Assembly (NCBI GenBank): GCA_043228905.1
Contig: JBHGNT010000007.1
Location: 5,580,001 to 5,644,000, forward strand
Reading direction: 5' to 3'
Length of the DNA: 64,000 nucleotides
DNA from: Azolla caroliniana
Taxonomy: Eukaryota; Plantae; Polypodiophyta
Of the stretch, positions 49,567 to 63,400 are shown piece by piece. The notes beneath the pieces are model-generated. The model worked only from the letters and a program-made list of their open reading frames with translations, did no database searches and was not told where the DNA came from. A program made the position numbers and the translations under genes. Numbering within the stretch: position 1 is the first letter of the stretch; each line of letters opens with the position of its first letter.

Positions 49567-50949
49567 TGTTGAGAATCAAGCTCAACTTGGTTTAGTGTGT
49601 GAACTCACCTTGAGAGTGAATAGACACTCCAACGGTCAAGAGTCACCATTAAGTCACCACTTTGTATTCTAGCATTTAGTATGAGTCATAGAATCATATT
49701 CTATGACACATAACTTATGAGCTTTCACATTCCCCATGCTCCATGAGTCTTGTAGTTAATGAAGACAGAGGGTGACTACATAAAGTACCCTCCTCCCACC
49801 TTGTATAATGTTGAGTCTTTCTCCTTTGTGAATATACTTTTACCTTGCGTATTCTCTATGTCTTATTCCTTGTCTCTCACTCGCACTTTCTCTCTCTCTC
49901 TCATACACACACATAACTCATATCTCTTCCGCTTCACAAGAATCCATCTCTTGATTCTTTACATGGCATCAGAGCGATTTGGTAGTTCGATCTAGCCCAT
50001 TCGCCTCATCGTGATTGTGTGTTGTGCTCCACGCCGACGACCAAGAACCGGCTCATCGCTATCGTAGCTTCGCTACATAGCTCGCATTCGAAGAGAGAAG
50101 AAGAAGAAGAAGAATCGACATAATGATTACTCAAATGAGGAGCGCTCTCCCTACCGAGAAGTTGGATCGAAACAACTTCGCATCTTGGGAGTACAAGATG
50201 CACCAATACCTTGTCGGACAAGGCTATTGGAGCTACATCAAAGGAGCGCACGAAGACCGACCCATCCACACGGCTCCCGGATACGCGACATGGGAGCAAG
50301 CCGCAAGCCGCGTGATGTATTGTTTGGCGACATGTGTTCGCGACCACATGCTCGGTTACATTCGAGAAGCCAAGACACCGAAGGAAGCGTGAGAAAATCT
50401 ATGAAAGATTTTCGCCGCCAACACAACTGCGAGGAAGCTTCAACTCCGCCAACAGTTGAACAAACATTCAACAAAGGGACATGTCCATCACGACATACAC
50501 CTTGAAGATCAAGGAGCTTTGCGACTCGCTCGGCTCAATAAGCGTAAGTATCGATGATGATGAGATGGTGCAAATATACCTCGGCGGCCTCACACCACGG
50601 TTTGGCGCGATGCGAACCACTGTTCTAGCAAGGGAGAAATCTCCCTCCTTCTTCGAGCTCCAATGAATGCTCTTGGTCGAAGAAAACCAAGTGTGTACAA
50701 GGAGCAATGAGTCAGAAGGTCACCTGCTCTACACGCACTCAAATGGAGGAAGAGGACGCGGACGAACGAGAGGCCGATTCGGCCAAGGACAAGGCGGACG
50801 ACCCCGACCTACGACAACAACTCCCAATTTCGGCCGCAAAACGGAAGCCAACGAGGAACCTTCGCAAGAAGGGGGAGCTTCCACTCCGGTCTGAGCCGTC
50901 AAAACGCAACCGAATGCGGATATTGCGAAAAGCTCGGCCACCACGAAGA
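49567..50949 (+). mobile_element. Element G: 5' part of a decayed Copia (LTR 49567-49963, PBS, gag pseudogene)
   Basis: TGTTGAGAATCAAG...CTTGATTCTTTACA; PBS TGGCATCAGAGC; gag LDRNNFASW...KIKELCDSL and knuckle CGYCEKLGH cut at ~50949. Confidence 0.85.
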
Positions 50950-51261
50950 TGCAATTACGAAGAATTTGGTCTCCGTCGGCCAAATTGTTTCAGGAACTAC
51001 ACGCTCCGATGAACACCGCTCGGCCGCGACCGAGCTTAGAATCAAACACAGAAAATGGGAAAAAAAAAAACACGACACAAAGGAGAGAAGAGTACATAGG
51101 ATGTTTAACGTGGAAAGCCCTAAGAGGGAAAAACCACGGGAGTCCACAGACTCCAAACTATCACTATATCACAATGATTACAACAGTGAGCTCACGGAGG
51201 CAACGACCTCGTGCTCTCGATCTTTGCCAGAGGTGGCGGTTACAACAGAGGCAACGACATC

Positions 51262-51328
<67 letters not shown>

Positions 51329-52673
51329 ACACTGTTACGCGCTCTCAAGTCTTGCACCAACAAGAATGACAACAACTCCTATCAAAGAGTTTGCCCTAAG
51401 TCATATTTATACTAATATGACTTTTAGGCTATTTACAAATATAGCCCCGATGGACTCTCAGGAACATATTTACTAATATGTCCCTTCATCCGGTGAGCGC
51501 TCCTCACGGGGCCTGCATCATCCGACGCTTTCTAGGCACACGTCGTCCGGTTCTCACAGGGTCTTCCGTTTTCGGGTGCTCTTCATCCGGTTCTCACCGG
51601 GTCTTCACCGTCCGGCTCTTGCTAGGTACTCATCATCCGGTTCTCCGTAGCCGGGTACTCCTCATCCGGTTCTCACCGGGTCTTCCGTAGCTGGGTACTC
51701 CTCATCCGGTTCTCACCGGGTCTTCCGTAGCCGGGTACTCCCCATCCGGTTTCTCATCAGTACTGTTCTTCTCACATCCCATCCAGAGGGACTTGTTTCC
51801 TAACAAACTCCCCCTTCACTCCGGCATGGGATGTCTTACTAGTCTGATCCGCTTCCGGCATGCATCCAACTTGTCGGGTATCAGTACTTTGGTCAGCATA
51901 TCTTACCCGTTCTTGGCCGTGTGGATCTTCGTCAGCGCGAACTCTTGGTCATCTACTCTTTCCCGGATCCAGTGATACCTTCGCTGGATATGCTTCGTCC
52001 GGGAATGGTAGGCCGCATTCTTAGCAAGGTGGATGGCACTTTGACTGTCGCAATAGAGCCGATATTCATCTTGCCGGATACCGAGCTCTCCGATGAAGTC
52101 CTTCATCCATAATATTTCCTTGCCGGCTTCCACAGCCGCCATGTACTCCGCCTCCGTGGTTGACAACGCAACCGTCTTCTGCAGCCTCCACTGCTACGAA
52201 ACAGCTCCCCCTGCATATGTCATTACATACTCGGATGTAGACCGGTTGGTATCCACATCAACCGACATGTCCGAATCGGTAAAACCGTCAAGTTGAGGTT
52301 TTCCGGAGCCGAATCAGAGACACATATTTGAAGTGCCCTTCAAGTACCGGAGTATCCATTTGACCGTGTTCCAGTGCTCCTTGTTGGGATTACTCATAAA
52401 CCGGCTCACCACTCCGACTGCGTATCCTATATCCGGGCAGGTACACACCATTGCGTACATTAAGCTCCCGACGGCAGAGGCATATGGAACCTTCATGATA
52501 TCCGCCTTCTCTCCTTTCGTCTTCGGGCTTTGTTTACCGGATAATCTACAGTTTGCTGGGAGTGTCGATCCGACCGGTTTCGCATTTGACATGTTGAACC
52601 GCTGAAGCACCTTTGTCACGTACTTCTCCTGTGACAACCACAATTGCTTCATTGACCGGTTCCGGATAATATG
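50950..52673 (-). mobile_element. Element J: 3' LTR (50950-51805), PPT and RT/RNase H end of a Copia related to 35774-41195
   Basis: Reverse-complement similarity to 39690-41195; YASAVGSLMY, HSRTKHIQRRYHWIRE; left boundary approximate. Confidence 0.87.
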
Positions 52674-55600
52674 TGTCAGAACCAAGGATAAAAGATACAG
52701 TGATGGAAGACGGATATTAGAGAACACGAGCAGAAAGGAACGAAATACTAAGAGAAGAATGGATGTATAAGATAGAGAAAGAAAGAGAATGGATACAAGA
52801 TATGTAATGAGAGCTAAAGACTGGTGTTGATTCGAATTGATTTGAGAATACATGTATGCCCTTATTTATAGGTTCCTATAGAATAACATAGAGATTTCTA
52901 GAATGTTCTAGAATGTTCTAGACCTAGAATGCTCTAGGACATTCTAGAACATTCTAGAATAATCTAGAGGTTTTACAATAATCAATGTAATATAAGAAGT
53001 AGCTTTTATTGTTTTATATAACAATAAGCTATCTTAATGGTTGAGGTTTTCAAGTATGGATTACAAGGTTCGAGGTTCAAGTCTAGGTGAAGCCATAATG
53101 GTCATGTGTTCATGACAATATGCCTCCTTCGAGAACGTTGAGTGCAAGTCGGCGTTAACATTGTTGGGCCAGGCTTGTTTGGTTTGGATAGTGACGATGG
53201 AAGTCGTTGATTAGAGCTTCAGCATTACAAACGTTATCAATGGGTTCCCAAGTGTGATCACTCGGAGGATAGCCAAGCCAATCAACTAGATAATAAAGCT
53301 TATTGCGCACAATCTTAGAATCGAGAATAGCAACTACCTCGTATTCGGGGCCGTCCACAAGTTGTACAGAAGGCGGTGGTGGCACGACACGATTAGGAAT
53401 TAAAGAGGTGCGGCAAGGTTCCAAAAGAGAGCTATGAAAGACAGGGTGAAGCCGCATATGTGCAGGAAGGTTAAGACGAAATGTTGCATCATTAATCTGC
53501 GCGTTGATAGTCAAGCTTAGTACACGGTCGGGTAGTCTTGATGTGACGACGAAGCAACCATACACGGTCACCAACCTTAAACGGAGACTTAAGACGATGT
53601 CGATCGGCATTGGTCTCATGGTGTGCTTGCGCTTTCTGAAGATGTGACGATAACTCGAATTGGATTTGTTGTAGTCGGTGGAGGTGATGCGCCTCCACCG
53701 ACTACAACAAATCCAGTTCGAGTTAAGACGATGTCGATCGGCATTGGTCTTATGGTGTGCTTGCGCTTTCTGAAGATGTGACGATAACTCGAACTAGATT
53801 TGTTGTAGTCGGTGGAGGTGATGCGCCTCCACCAACCTTAAACGGAGACTTAAGTCGATGTCGATCGGCATTGGTCTTATGGTGTGCTTGCGCTTTCTGA
53901 AGATGTGACGATAACTTGAACTGGATTTGTTGTAGTCGGTGGAGGTTTCGTGACACCTCAGGAAGATCCAGTATACACCATCGAGGGTGGTTGCCAGTGT
54001 AGGCAAAGAAAGGTGTAACTTTGGTAGAAGAGTGGACCGTGTTGTTGTATGCAAACTTGGCAAGATGTAAAATATTACTCCAATCATCTTGTTGATAACT
54101 AATGAAACATCGAAGATATTGCTCGAGCGTTTGATTTGTGCGCTCTGTTTGTCCGTCAGTTTGTGGATGATAAGCCGAAGAGAGTTTGCAAGAGATTTTG
54201 AGGCCCGCCCATAGGTGCTTCCAAAAGTGTGAGATAAATTGAGGACCTCGATCGCTAATAATATCATTCGGGAGACCATGATGGCGAAACACTTCACGCA
54301 TAATGAGATCTACAGTTTCTTCACTATTGATGGTCTTTACACATGTTACAAAATGTGCCATCTTGGTTAACCGATCCACTACTGTTAAAATAGTATCAAA
54401 GCCTTTGGAAGGTGGCAGATCTGTAATGAAATCCATAGAAATAGACTGCCATGGCTTGTTGGGAGGGGGTAATGGTTGTAGTAAGCCATAAGGGTGATGT
54501 CGAGGTATTTTGGCGCGACAGCAAGTGTCACAAGTGCGAACATAATCTTCGACAAATTTTTGCAAGTGAGGCCACCAAAACGAACGTTTCACCAGCTCAA
54601 TGGTCTTGGAAATACCAAAATGTCCAGCCATGGGGGCATCATGACAATGTTCCAACACTTGAAGTCGGGGTGATCCGTCGGGGACGTAAAGGAGATTCTT
54701 GTAGAAGAGTAAGCCATCTTGCCACTTGAAGTCCTGATAATGTTGAGATGACCCTGGCAATGTGGAGCAAGATGGACGACTTGAACCACAGTGGGCTAAG
54801 ACATCCTTAGCGAAATCATTTGAATGAAGTTGTTGCCAAATAGTCTCAAGAAGGGTAGAATCAAGTGGTGTGGCATAAATTGTTGTTACATGTAGCTTTG
54901 ATGGCCAGAGGAGAATTTGCTTTTGATTGTCAAAGGTCAGATCTCCAGGTCGAAGTGCTAGATACGAACGCCGAGACAAAGCATCTGCTTTCCCTTGTTG
55001 TTTTCCGGGGCGAAAAATGATCTTGAAATCGAAACGCGTTAGAAATTGGGCCCACCGAGCTTGGCGTCTATTTAATACTTGAGCAGTTTGAAAATATGTG
55101 AGATTTTTGTGATCACTATAAATGATAATCTGATGAGGTGATCCTTCTAGAAAATGACGCCATTGCTCGAATGAGTCGACCACAACTAGTAACTCCTTGT
55201 CATGCACCTCATAGTTTATCTCCGAAACAGTCAATTTTCTCGAGTGAAACGCGATTGGATGTGTCTGCCCGTCCTCGCCTGGTTGCGATAGGATACTCCC
55301 CAATGCAAAGTCTGATGCATATGCCTCAATAGTAAATGGCTTTTCAGGATCAATATGTGCTAGGATGGGTGTTGATGTGAATGCCTCTTTTAGCTGCGTA
55401 AAAGCCTTGTCCGCTTCGATACTCCAAAAAAATTCTTGATTTTTCTTGCTGAGTTGAGTAAGGGGCAACACAATGCTTGAATAATTATGTATGAATTTGC
55501 GATAGAAGTTCGCAAATCTGAGGAAACACTGGACATCCCGAACTGAGCATGGGGGTTTCCATTCCAATATTGTTTGGACTTTTGCCGGGTCCATGAAAAC

Positions 55601-57425
55601 ACCCTGGGATGAAATAGTGTATCCCAAAAATTCGACTTGTTTGCAATCAAAACTGCATTTCTCAAGTTTGGCATAAAGACCATACTTCCTTAGGCGTTCA
55701 AGTACTTGCCGCACATGTATATCATGCTTCCCCTGTGTTTTAGAGTAAATCAATAGATCATCTAGGTAGATGATTAGAAAAATATCCAAGAAATCCTGGA
55801 AGATGTCATTTGCCATATGTTGGAATACTACAGGTGCATTTGTGAGCCCGAAAGGCATGACTGTATACTCGAAATGACCATACCGAGTACGAAATGTTGT
55901 TTTCCACTCATCTCCCGGCCGAATTCGAACAAGATTATATGCACCCCTTAGATCAATTTTGGTAAAATGCTTTGCCCCACCAATGCGTTCTAAGAGATTG
56001 GAGATTAAAGGTAAAGCATACCTATTCCTTATGGTGACTTTATTTAAGCCTCGATAGTCCACGACCAAACGAAGGGAGCCGTCCTTTTTCTTCACAAAAA
56101 AGATAGGAGCACCAGCGAGAGACTTTGAATGTCGAATAAACCCATGTGCAAGATTTTCCTCGATGTATTCTCGAAGAACCTCAAGCTCAGTGGGTGATAA
56201 ATTGTAAATCGGACCCCACGGTGGCTCTTTTCCTGGTTGGAGATCAATAGGACAGTCGTACGGCCGATGCTTTGGAAGAACACTAGCTTTGACTTTGTCA
56301 AAAACATCAGCATAGTCTTGATATTTTTTGGGAATTTGGATGTCTGAATTCCCTTCAGTGACACTAGAGGGTGTCACTGATACTGCAAATAAGAAAAGGT
56401 CCTCCTTGCCTCCCACTTGGCACAATTGTTGCAATGTGATGGAGGAAATTTGATGAGAAGGATATGGTGCATCGGTAGAACTATATACTTTAGGAGGATA
56501 ATCCCGAGTTCGATCCTTGACAGATATTTTCTGCTAAAGGGCACCTAATTTCTCACTTCCTCCAATCGATTCTAGGGTTATGTCGCTCGAACCATGGCAA
56601 ACCGAGGACAATTGGATTACGGATTATGTTAAAGGAAACTACACATCCTAAATCACCCAAGAGTATGTGTATTGGCTCAGACTCTTCAAATATCTTCCCG
56701 GAAGCTATGGGGCGTCCATCAATCACTACTACGGAAACGGGACAAGGAAGTGTATGCAAGGATATTTGGTGTTTTTGGGCAAAATTTCTATCCATGAAAC
56801 AAGAATTGGCTCCAGTATCTAAGAGGGCTTGGACTTGAAGTTGACAACTGGGTGTCCTAACTTGTACTAGGGCTGAGAAGACTCTACTAACATGCTTGGA
56901 AGAAATGGAACCCACACTAGGTTGTACATATCTAGGGTTGTCCAACCAAATGGCTCCTATTTTGGCCGGACTTATTCGTTTGACTCCTCTTCTAATTGGC
57001 TTAGAACTTCAAATTTATTGGACAAGGGTGAATTATTCATAATATTAGATTCACTAACTGCTTCTAAAATGTTGGACTCATTTTTATTGTCATAGTGAAT
57101 TTGATTTACCTGACGTCTCAGCCTACGGGAGCAATGAATGGCTATATGTCCTGGACCTCCGCAATATAAGCATAGATGGTTTGCTCGACGGCATTGCTTC
57201 TCTTCGTCTGACAACGATCCTCGTCGTTGAGTCATATCGATCTCCATGGGTGTAGGACTATCCATTGGGACTGGACTACGTGTTTGCCTTAGAGTTGGAG
57301 CAGGGCTATACATTTGCCTTGGGGACAATTGCGTCGTTACTGATGCATAAGTTGGTGTGAATCTTGATCTTGTTATTTGTTGTTGTCGCTCGCATCGACG
57401 CTCAAAAAGGCGATTATCACACCGT
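52674..57425 (-). mobile_element. Element I: second Tcn1-like family (3' LTR 52674-53117, decayed pol, gag 3' half), interrupted by H
   Basis: TGTCA...TGACA LTR; LLDTGA, YLDD, integrase, chromodomain EYEVVAILD; gag PTPMEID, CLYCGGPGH. Confidence 0.9.
52890..52970 (-). promoter_or_regulatory. Heat-shock-element array in the I LTR
   Basis: TTCtaGAAtgTTCtaGAAtgTTC and TTCtaGAAcaTTCtaGAA; TATAAATA on minus strand at 52863-52870. Confidence 0.75.
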
Positions 57426-60400
57426 TGTCGTGAAGAAAACCGTCCACAAGCGGAATCGGTGCACTGGAGCGTAGGAACCGGCTCTTCATACACGTACGCC
57501 TTATGTTGTACATAGAAGATCCTAGGTAGGTAGATTCGGTAGGTAGGAAGTTAATGGGAAACGGCTCCTTCCTTGCCTATAAAAGGAGGGAGACGAGGAG
57601 GGGAGAGTGGATCGCGCAATCAGAGAGGACAAAGTGTTGTCGGGTTGTCGGCCGAAGGCTTCTCTCTCTTCCAAACTCCATAGCTTCTTTCTGTGCAGGT
57701 TTCGGGAGGCTCGCGCTACTCTGAGGAATGCCCGAGTGCTTCCGGCAGCACCTCCAACCTACTCCTTTCTTTCTGTGCGTTTACGAACAAGCATCAGCAT
57801 CTGTTCGCCGACCTGTTCGGTTGTAACCGACTTCGTGCTTCTTGTTGTTTGTCTCTGTTAATATATACATACATACCTTTGTGTCTCTCTGTGTTGGTTT
57901 TCCCGCTCGCGTCTTCGTGTCGAAGGGTCGTGTCCCTGTGGATCTACGCTCGCACCTAGTGGGTCTCTTCCCTTCTCCTTTCTCTCTTGTTGTTCAGTAC
58001 AAGACCCCCGAGGTCCCGCCTCATTCCACGCATCCGCGAGGAATACCTCGACATCTTGGTGAACCCGACGTGAAGGAGGCGGCAGAAGAGCAGAAGATGA
58101 GGGGGTCGGATCTTGCAGAGGCCATGACTTTGGCCGTGGATTGGATATTGAGCACACGCGAGGGCACCGGCGCCCTCGACAGAGCCATTGAGGCGGTTGT
58201 CGGTACGATCGGCCGGTTCAGCGGAAAGGATGCTACGAAGTATTTGGCGTCCTACGGGGCAGAAATGCTGATGCGGGACATTCCAGAAGAGAGGCGTCTT
58301 GCCGGGTTCCCTCGAGTGGCGATGCCGAGCATCCATGCGGAGGTGCTCGAGGTACGGGCGGAGAGCCGTACCTGGGAGGAGTTCGAAGGCTGACTCCTAG
58401 AGAAATACGGGTTGGACGACGCGCTCCGGCTTTCGAAACGGGACTTCATGGAATGGGTGGAGTCCCCCGGCAAGGGAAGAAACGCGTCGGCACTCCTTCG
58501 GGAGTTTGAGGAATGCTTTGCGCGCCTTTCGGCGCTTGACCGAACCGTTCTGGATACGAGCCGGGTCCTACTGTTCGTCAAGTCGGTGGATGAGCGGGAC
58601 CGGGATCAAGTCGGCTCCTTGCTAGAAACCGAAGACGGGCTGACGACCGACTAGACTGCGGTTAAGAGAGTCTGTGGCCATTTCGACAAACGGCGAGAAT
58701 GGGCTGACAACGGGGCGACCGGAGCGGGCTCTGTCACAGCCAGGATGCTTGAACCGGCACCACAAGGGCGAAGGGCAGAGACCCGGGAGTGGCTCGAAAC
58801 CAGTTCGGCTTCGACCGGCATGGTCAATGACTCGTCCGAAGGAGCAGCGCTGGAGGAGTTGACGCGGGCGATAAAGTATCTCCAGATCGCCCAGACTCGA
58901 AGGGAAGGCGGCGAACCGGCACGTGACCGACGGCCGGCAGCAGGGAACAGGTGCATGTGGTGCGACGAGGTCGGCCACATTCAGAAGGACTGCGGCGATT
59001 TCACAGAGGCGTTGAGGAACCGGGTGGTGTACCTGTGGGAAGGCTGGGTGCATGCCGGCGATACCAGAAGGGCCCTAAACCGAAACGACGGGCGGGGAGG
59101 TATGAAGAGACTGATGGAAGAGGCAGCGGCCCGACACGTGGAGGCCATCCACTACTCGGCGTCGGCCGGTATTCGGGTCGGGGGCAGCGAGGCCCGAAAG
59201 GAGAGCAAAGACGGATTCTGGTCGGCAATGCTGGAAGGCCTCGCCGGCGCACGGCTGAGGGAAGATGAAGCGGACCGCGTTGAGAAACGGGTCCGGGAAA
59301 TAACCGGGTGGAGCGACCCGGTCGAGGAGAAGACGGGCTTCGTAGAAGCCGCCTGCCGGAACTACGAGGCTCTGGTGGAAGACAAACGAGTGGGGAAAGC
59401 CGGAGCGGCCGAGCCCTCACAACGATACGAGACCCGATTCGGGCAACGACGGAACGATGCCGGTGGGTCCAGCGCGCAAGATAACCCCAGGAAGGGCGGA
59501 TACTGACTGGGGACGGAAATAGAAAGGACCACGGACCTACGAAAGCTCCTAGAAGAGCGGATCCTCGACAGCAAAGTGGAGTTGTCATTGCGGGAGGTGC
59601 TAGGGATCGCTAAGAAGGAGTTCCACGACTCCATTGTAGACTTGGTGAAGCGGAAGAGGCTGTCGACGGAGACGGAATCGGAGAGACCGGTGGAGGTGCG
59701 GACGACGCACATCGACGACTCGGCGCTGGCAGATGAGTGGGCGGAGAGCCACTATTCGAGGCCACACTGGGCCCGAGCGACCACGGAGACCCCGGTAAAG
59801 ATCGGAGATGTTCAGGAACCGGTGGTGGCATTGGTGGACCACGGTTCGGAAATAAACCTGATGTCCATGGACTTCTATAAGAAGGGAAAGTGGCCGATCA
59901 ACACCAAGCACGGGTGGAAGATACGGGCGGCGACGCGCGCCACCGAGGAACTGCACGGGGCCTGCCCGAACGTGCGAGTCAAGATCGGCGACGTCGAGAT
60001 TGACCAGCACTTCTTCATACAGGAGACGTCCTCGCACCCGGTCATATTAGGGGAACCATACATCACGGCAGCGCGGATGGAGACCAAGGTGCTAGACAAC
60101 AGTTCGGCCTACGCGAGGGTCAAAAGCCAGGACGGGCGCCATTCGGTCCAATTTCTGATGGTGCGACCAAACCACGAGCGGAACCGCGAATACCTCTGTG
60201 GCGAGAACCGGGAGGATTTTTAGAGAGGGCTGCCAAGGCGTGGGGCCGAGACAGTCCGGACACTCGGGAAAGACCCCACAGCTGTACGATAGAACCGAAA
60301 CCGAAATAAACCCTGTACGATAAGTAAAAAAAATTTCTTCTCCGACAACGGAGGGTGTATGTTAGTCGGCATCGTTGGCCGAGAAAAGGCAAGGGCGGAA

Positions 60401-63400
60401 GTGCGACTTCGAGTGTGCGGAGTTCTCGGCCCGGACGAGGAAATCAGCGGAGCCGTGGAGGCGGTCTCCTTCGACGACACCTTGGGAATGCTGAGGAAGG
60501 TAGCCGGAGAAGACCTTAACGAAGACCGGACGATACCGGTATGTTCCGAAGAGATGTACGAAGTCATCGCGGACTTCAGTCAGGGGCTCGGGTCGGATCG
60601 GACGGCCCGAGTTAGCACGAAGTACAAGACTGTGGACCGGAAGGTAAGGCCAGTCGCGGCACCCTTACCGGAGGGCAGCGAGTCCCGAATCAGAGGGGTT
60701 GCGTCGGACCCCAGTTTACGAGATCCGGTCTGCATAGGACACACCTTCACCGACGGGACACTCCATGAGCTCAAAATCGGTGGGGGCGGGTTCCTACTGC
60801 CGGCGGAGGAAGACCAGTTTCGGAGAATCCTCGGAAGGCACGGTAAAGCCTTCGCATTCTCACCGGGAGAGATCGGGTGCGTAGACCCGACAATCGTGGA
60901 GCCGATGGTGATATTCACGGTACCGCATGTGCCGTGGAATCTCAAGCCGATTCCAGTACCGAGAGCTCACATCCCGAAGTTGATGGAGCTATTGAGGCAG
61001 AAAGTCGATATGGGCATTCTCGAACCGTCAAGTGCCCCATACTCGAACCGATGGTTTACCGTACCAAAGAAAAACGGAACATTGCGCTTCATTCAAGACC
61101 TGCAGCCGGTCAATAGAGTGACCATTCGGAACGCAGGAATCGGACCGACCATAGACGAGTTCGCGGAGGCCTTCACCGGAAGGTCGATCTATTCGGTCGG
61201 TGATCTGTACTCGGGGTACGACCAGTTCCAGCTAGCCGTGGAGAGCAGAGACATTATGACGATGCGAACTCCCCTCGGCCTAGTGCGAATGTGTACCCTG
61301 CCACAAGGAGGGACCAACTCGGTGGCCCACATGGTGAATGCAATGAACAAGGTACTGAGGGATTGCATCCCGGACATCACCATGCCATTTTTAGACGACA
61401 TCCCGATCAAGGGGTGCCCGGTGGAAGAGAAGGACGCAACACTCGGACCGGACGGATGCCGGCGATTCGTGGCAACACACATCGACGACTGCGAGAAGGT
61501 GCTACAAAGGCTAGAGGATGCGAGGCTCACCTTCTCCGGTGTCGTGACGTGGCTCGCCTAGAAGCGTAGCGTTGCGCACACAAAGGATAACGTGAAAGTG
61601 AGGAAGGAATCACTGGGATTATGGACGGAAGAGACGAAAGAGTAGAGATGGAGTGAATAGAGATCAATAAGATATGACAAAATAGGATTTTTAAGGAATA
61701 TAAGATAAGACAAGATAAGATATAAAATAATATATGAGAAAGTGTATGAAATTTATAATCATTTTCATGAAAGAGTTACAAAATGATTGTACACGTCGTT
61801 GATCCTCTGAACTTTGTCTTGCAAGGTAATCGCTCTTCTCTTTCTTGATCGTAGACCACTACAATCTTCACTTCAATATTTTGATGAAGATAAGGCTCGA
61901 ACCGCCTCCCTCTTGTTGAGAGTTGACCACCACGACCGCCAAGCTAGAGCTCCACCTTTTTCTTGACTTCTTCCTTTCTTTCTCTATTTTATGGTATCTC
62001 TTATGTAATATATATTTGATTGATATCTCGTACACATCCCCCTTTGATCTTCTCTTTCACCATTTAAATAGGTGCCCCCATGCATATGATGCATTGGAGG
62101 GTACAAGTCATGCATGTGATGCATGATAAACATCTCGCTCATTTGACCTTTTATGTATGAAACAATATATGCAATAAGAATAAACATGAAAATATAATCT
62201 TAAAGACAAAGGGCCTAGCCTAATGGTAGGTGTGTCAACTTTGGTGTATGAGGTTGTGGGTTCGCGTCTCAAAATGCTATTGAATACAACATACAACTTT
62301 ATTTAATCCTTTATGTAATATAAAGTATATATAAAGTATGCTTTATTTTATGTATATTACTAGTATAGAGTAAATGGTAAGATTTGAGAGTCATAGGGTG
62401 GGGTTATTGGTTCAAGTCCTCTCTTGTTCGTGTAATATAATATATTTATCTATATATATATATTATTTTTCTTTACATATTTATAATATTATCATATGTG
62501 TTGTTAATATTATCTTTATATATAAAACATTATCAAATGTTATTTTAGTTACGTATTTATCTTATTGTAGACTTTTAATGTGAAGCTTTCGTACTTCACG
62601 ACACCGGGGAGAAATCGGCCTTCGGGCAATCAGAAATCCTGGTGGTCGGACACCTATGTGGACCATATGGCCGGAAGCCGTCTTCGGCAAAGGTAGAAGC
62701 CATCTCCGCGATGAAGACCGACTGTAGCTCGGTTACGGAAGTTCAGAGGTTCTTGGGGGCGTGCGCATTCTACCACATATGGATCCCGCATTACGCCCAC
62801 GTTGCGGAGCCGCTATACGGGTTGCTGAAGAAAGGGCGAAAATTCGAGTGGCGAGACGAGCACACGGAGTCGGTCCGGAAGCTGAAGGAAGCTCTTGTGG
62901 CAGCACCGGCGCTCCGGAAGGCTGTCTACGGGAAGGGTACCCCGGTATACATAACAGTGGATACGAGTCCGATCGGGATCGGATGGGTCGTCAACCAAGA
63001 AGACGAGGACGGCATTCGGTTCCCGATCCGATTCGGCGCGAAGGTCCTCAGTGAGCGACAGCGAGGGTACGCCCAGGTTAAACGCGAACTCTGGGGTATC
63101 GTTTCGGCAGTGAAGGCCGACAAAGACTACCTGATCGGGACAGAAGTGAGTATCGAGGCGGATTGCCTGCCAATTCTCGGCATGGTGTCCGGATGCGCGA
63201 CACCGGACCTGGCGATGCTCAGGTGGATAGCGTACATCAAGTCCCTAGACCCGGAAATACGACACATTTCCGGAAAGGACAACGCCATGGCCGACATGCT
63301 TTCGAGGGCGAGGTTTGATGACGAGGGCGGCATGGTTTCGGAGGACGAAGAAGTCGGCGTGGACTTCTTCGAGGCAGCGTACGTGACGACCGATGGGACG

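Noticed and set aside
52669-53122. ATATG on both sides of the I LTR, suggesting a solo LTR
   Set aside because: The right copy is part of I's own PPT region and is followed by chromodomain-coding sequence, not by the Copia host; treated as coincidence.
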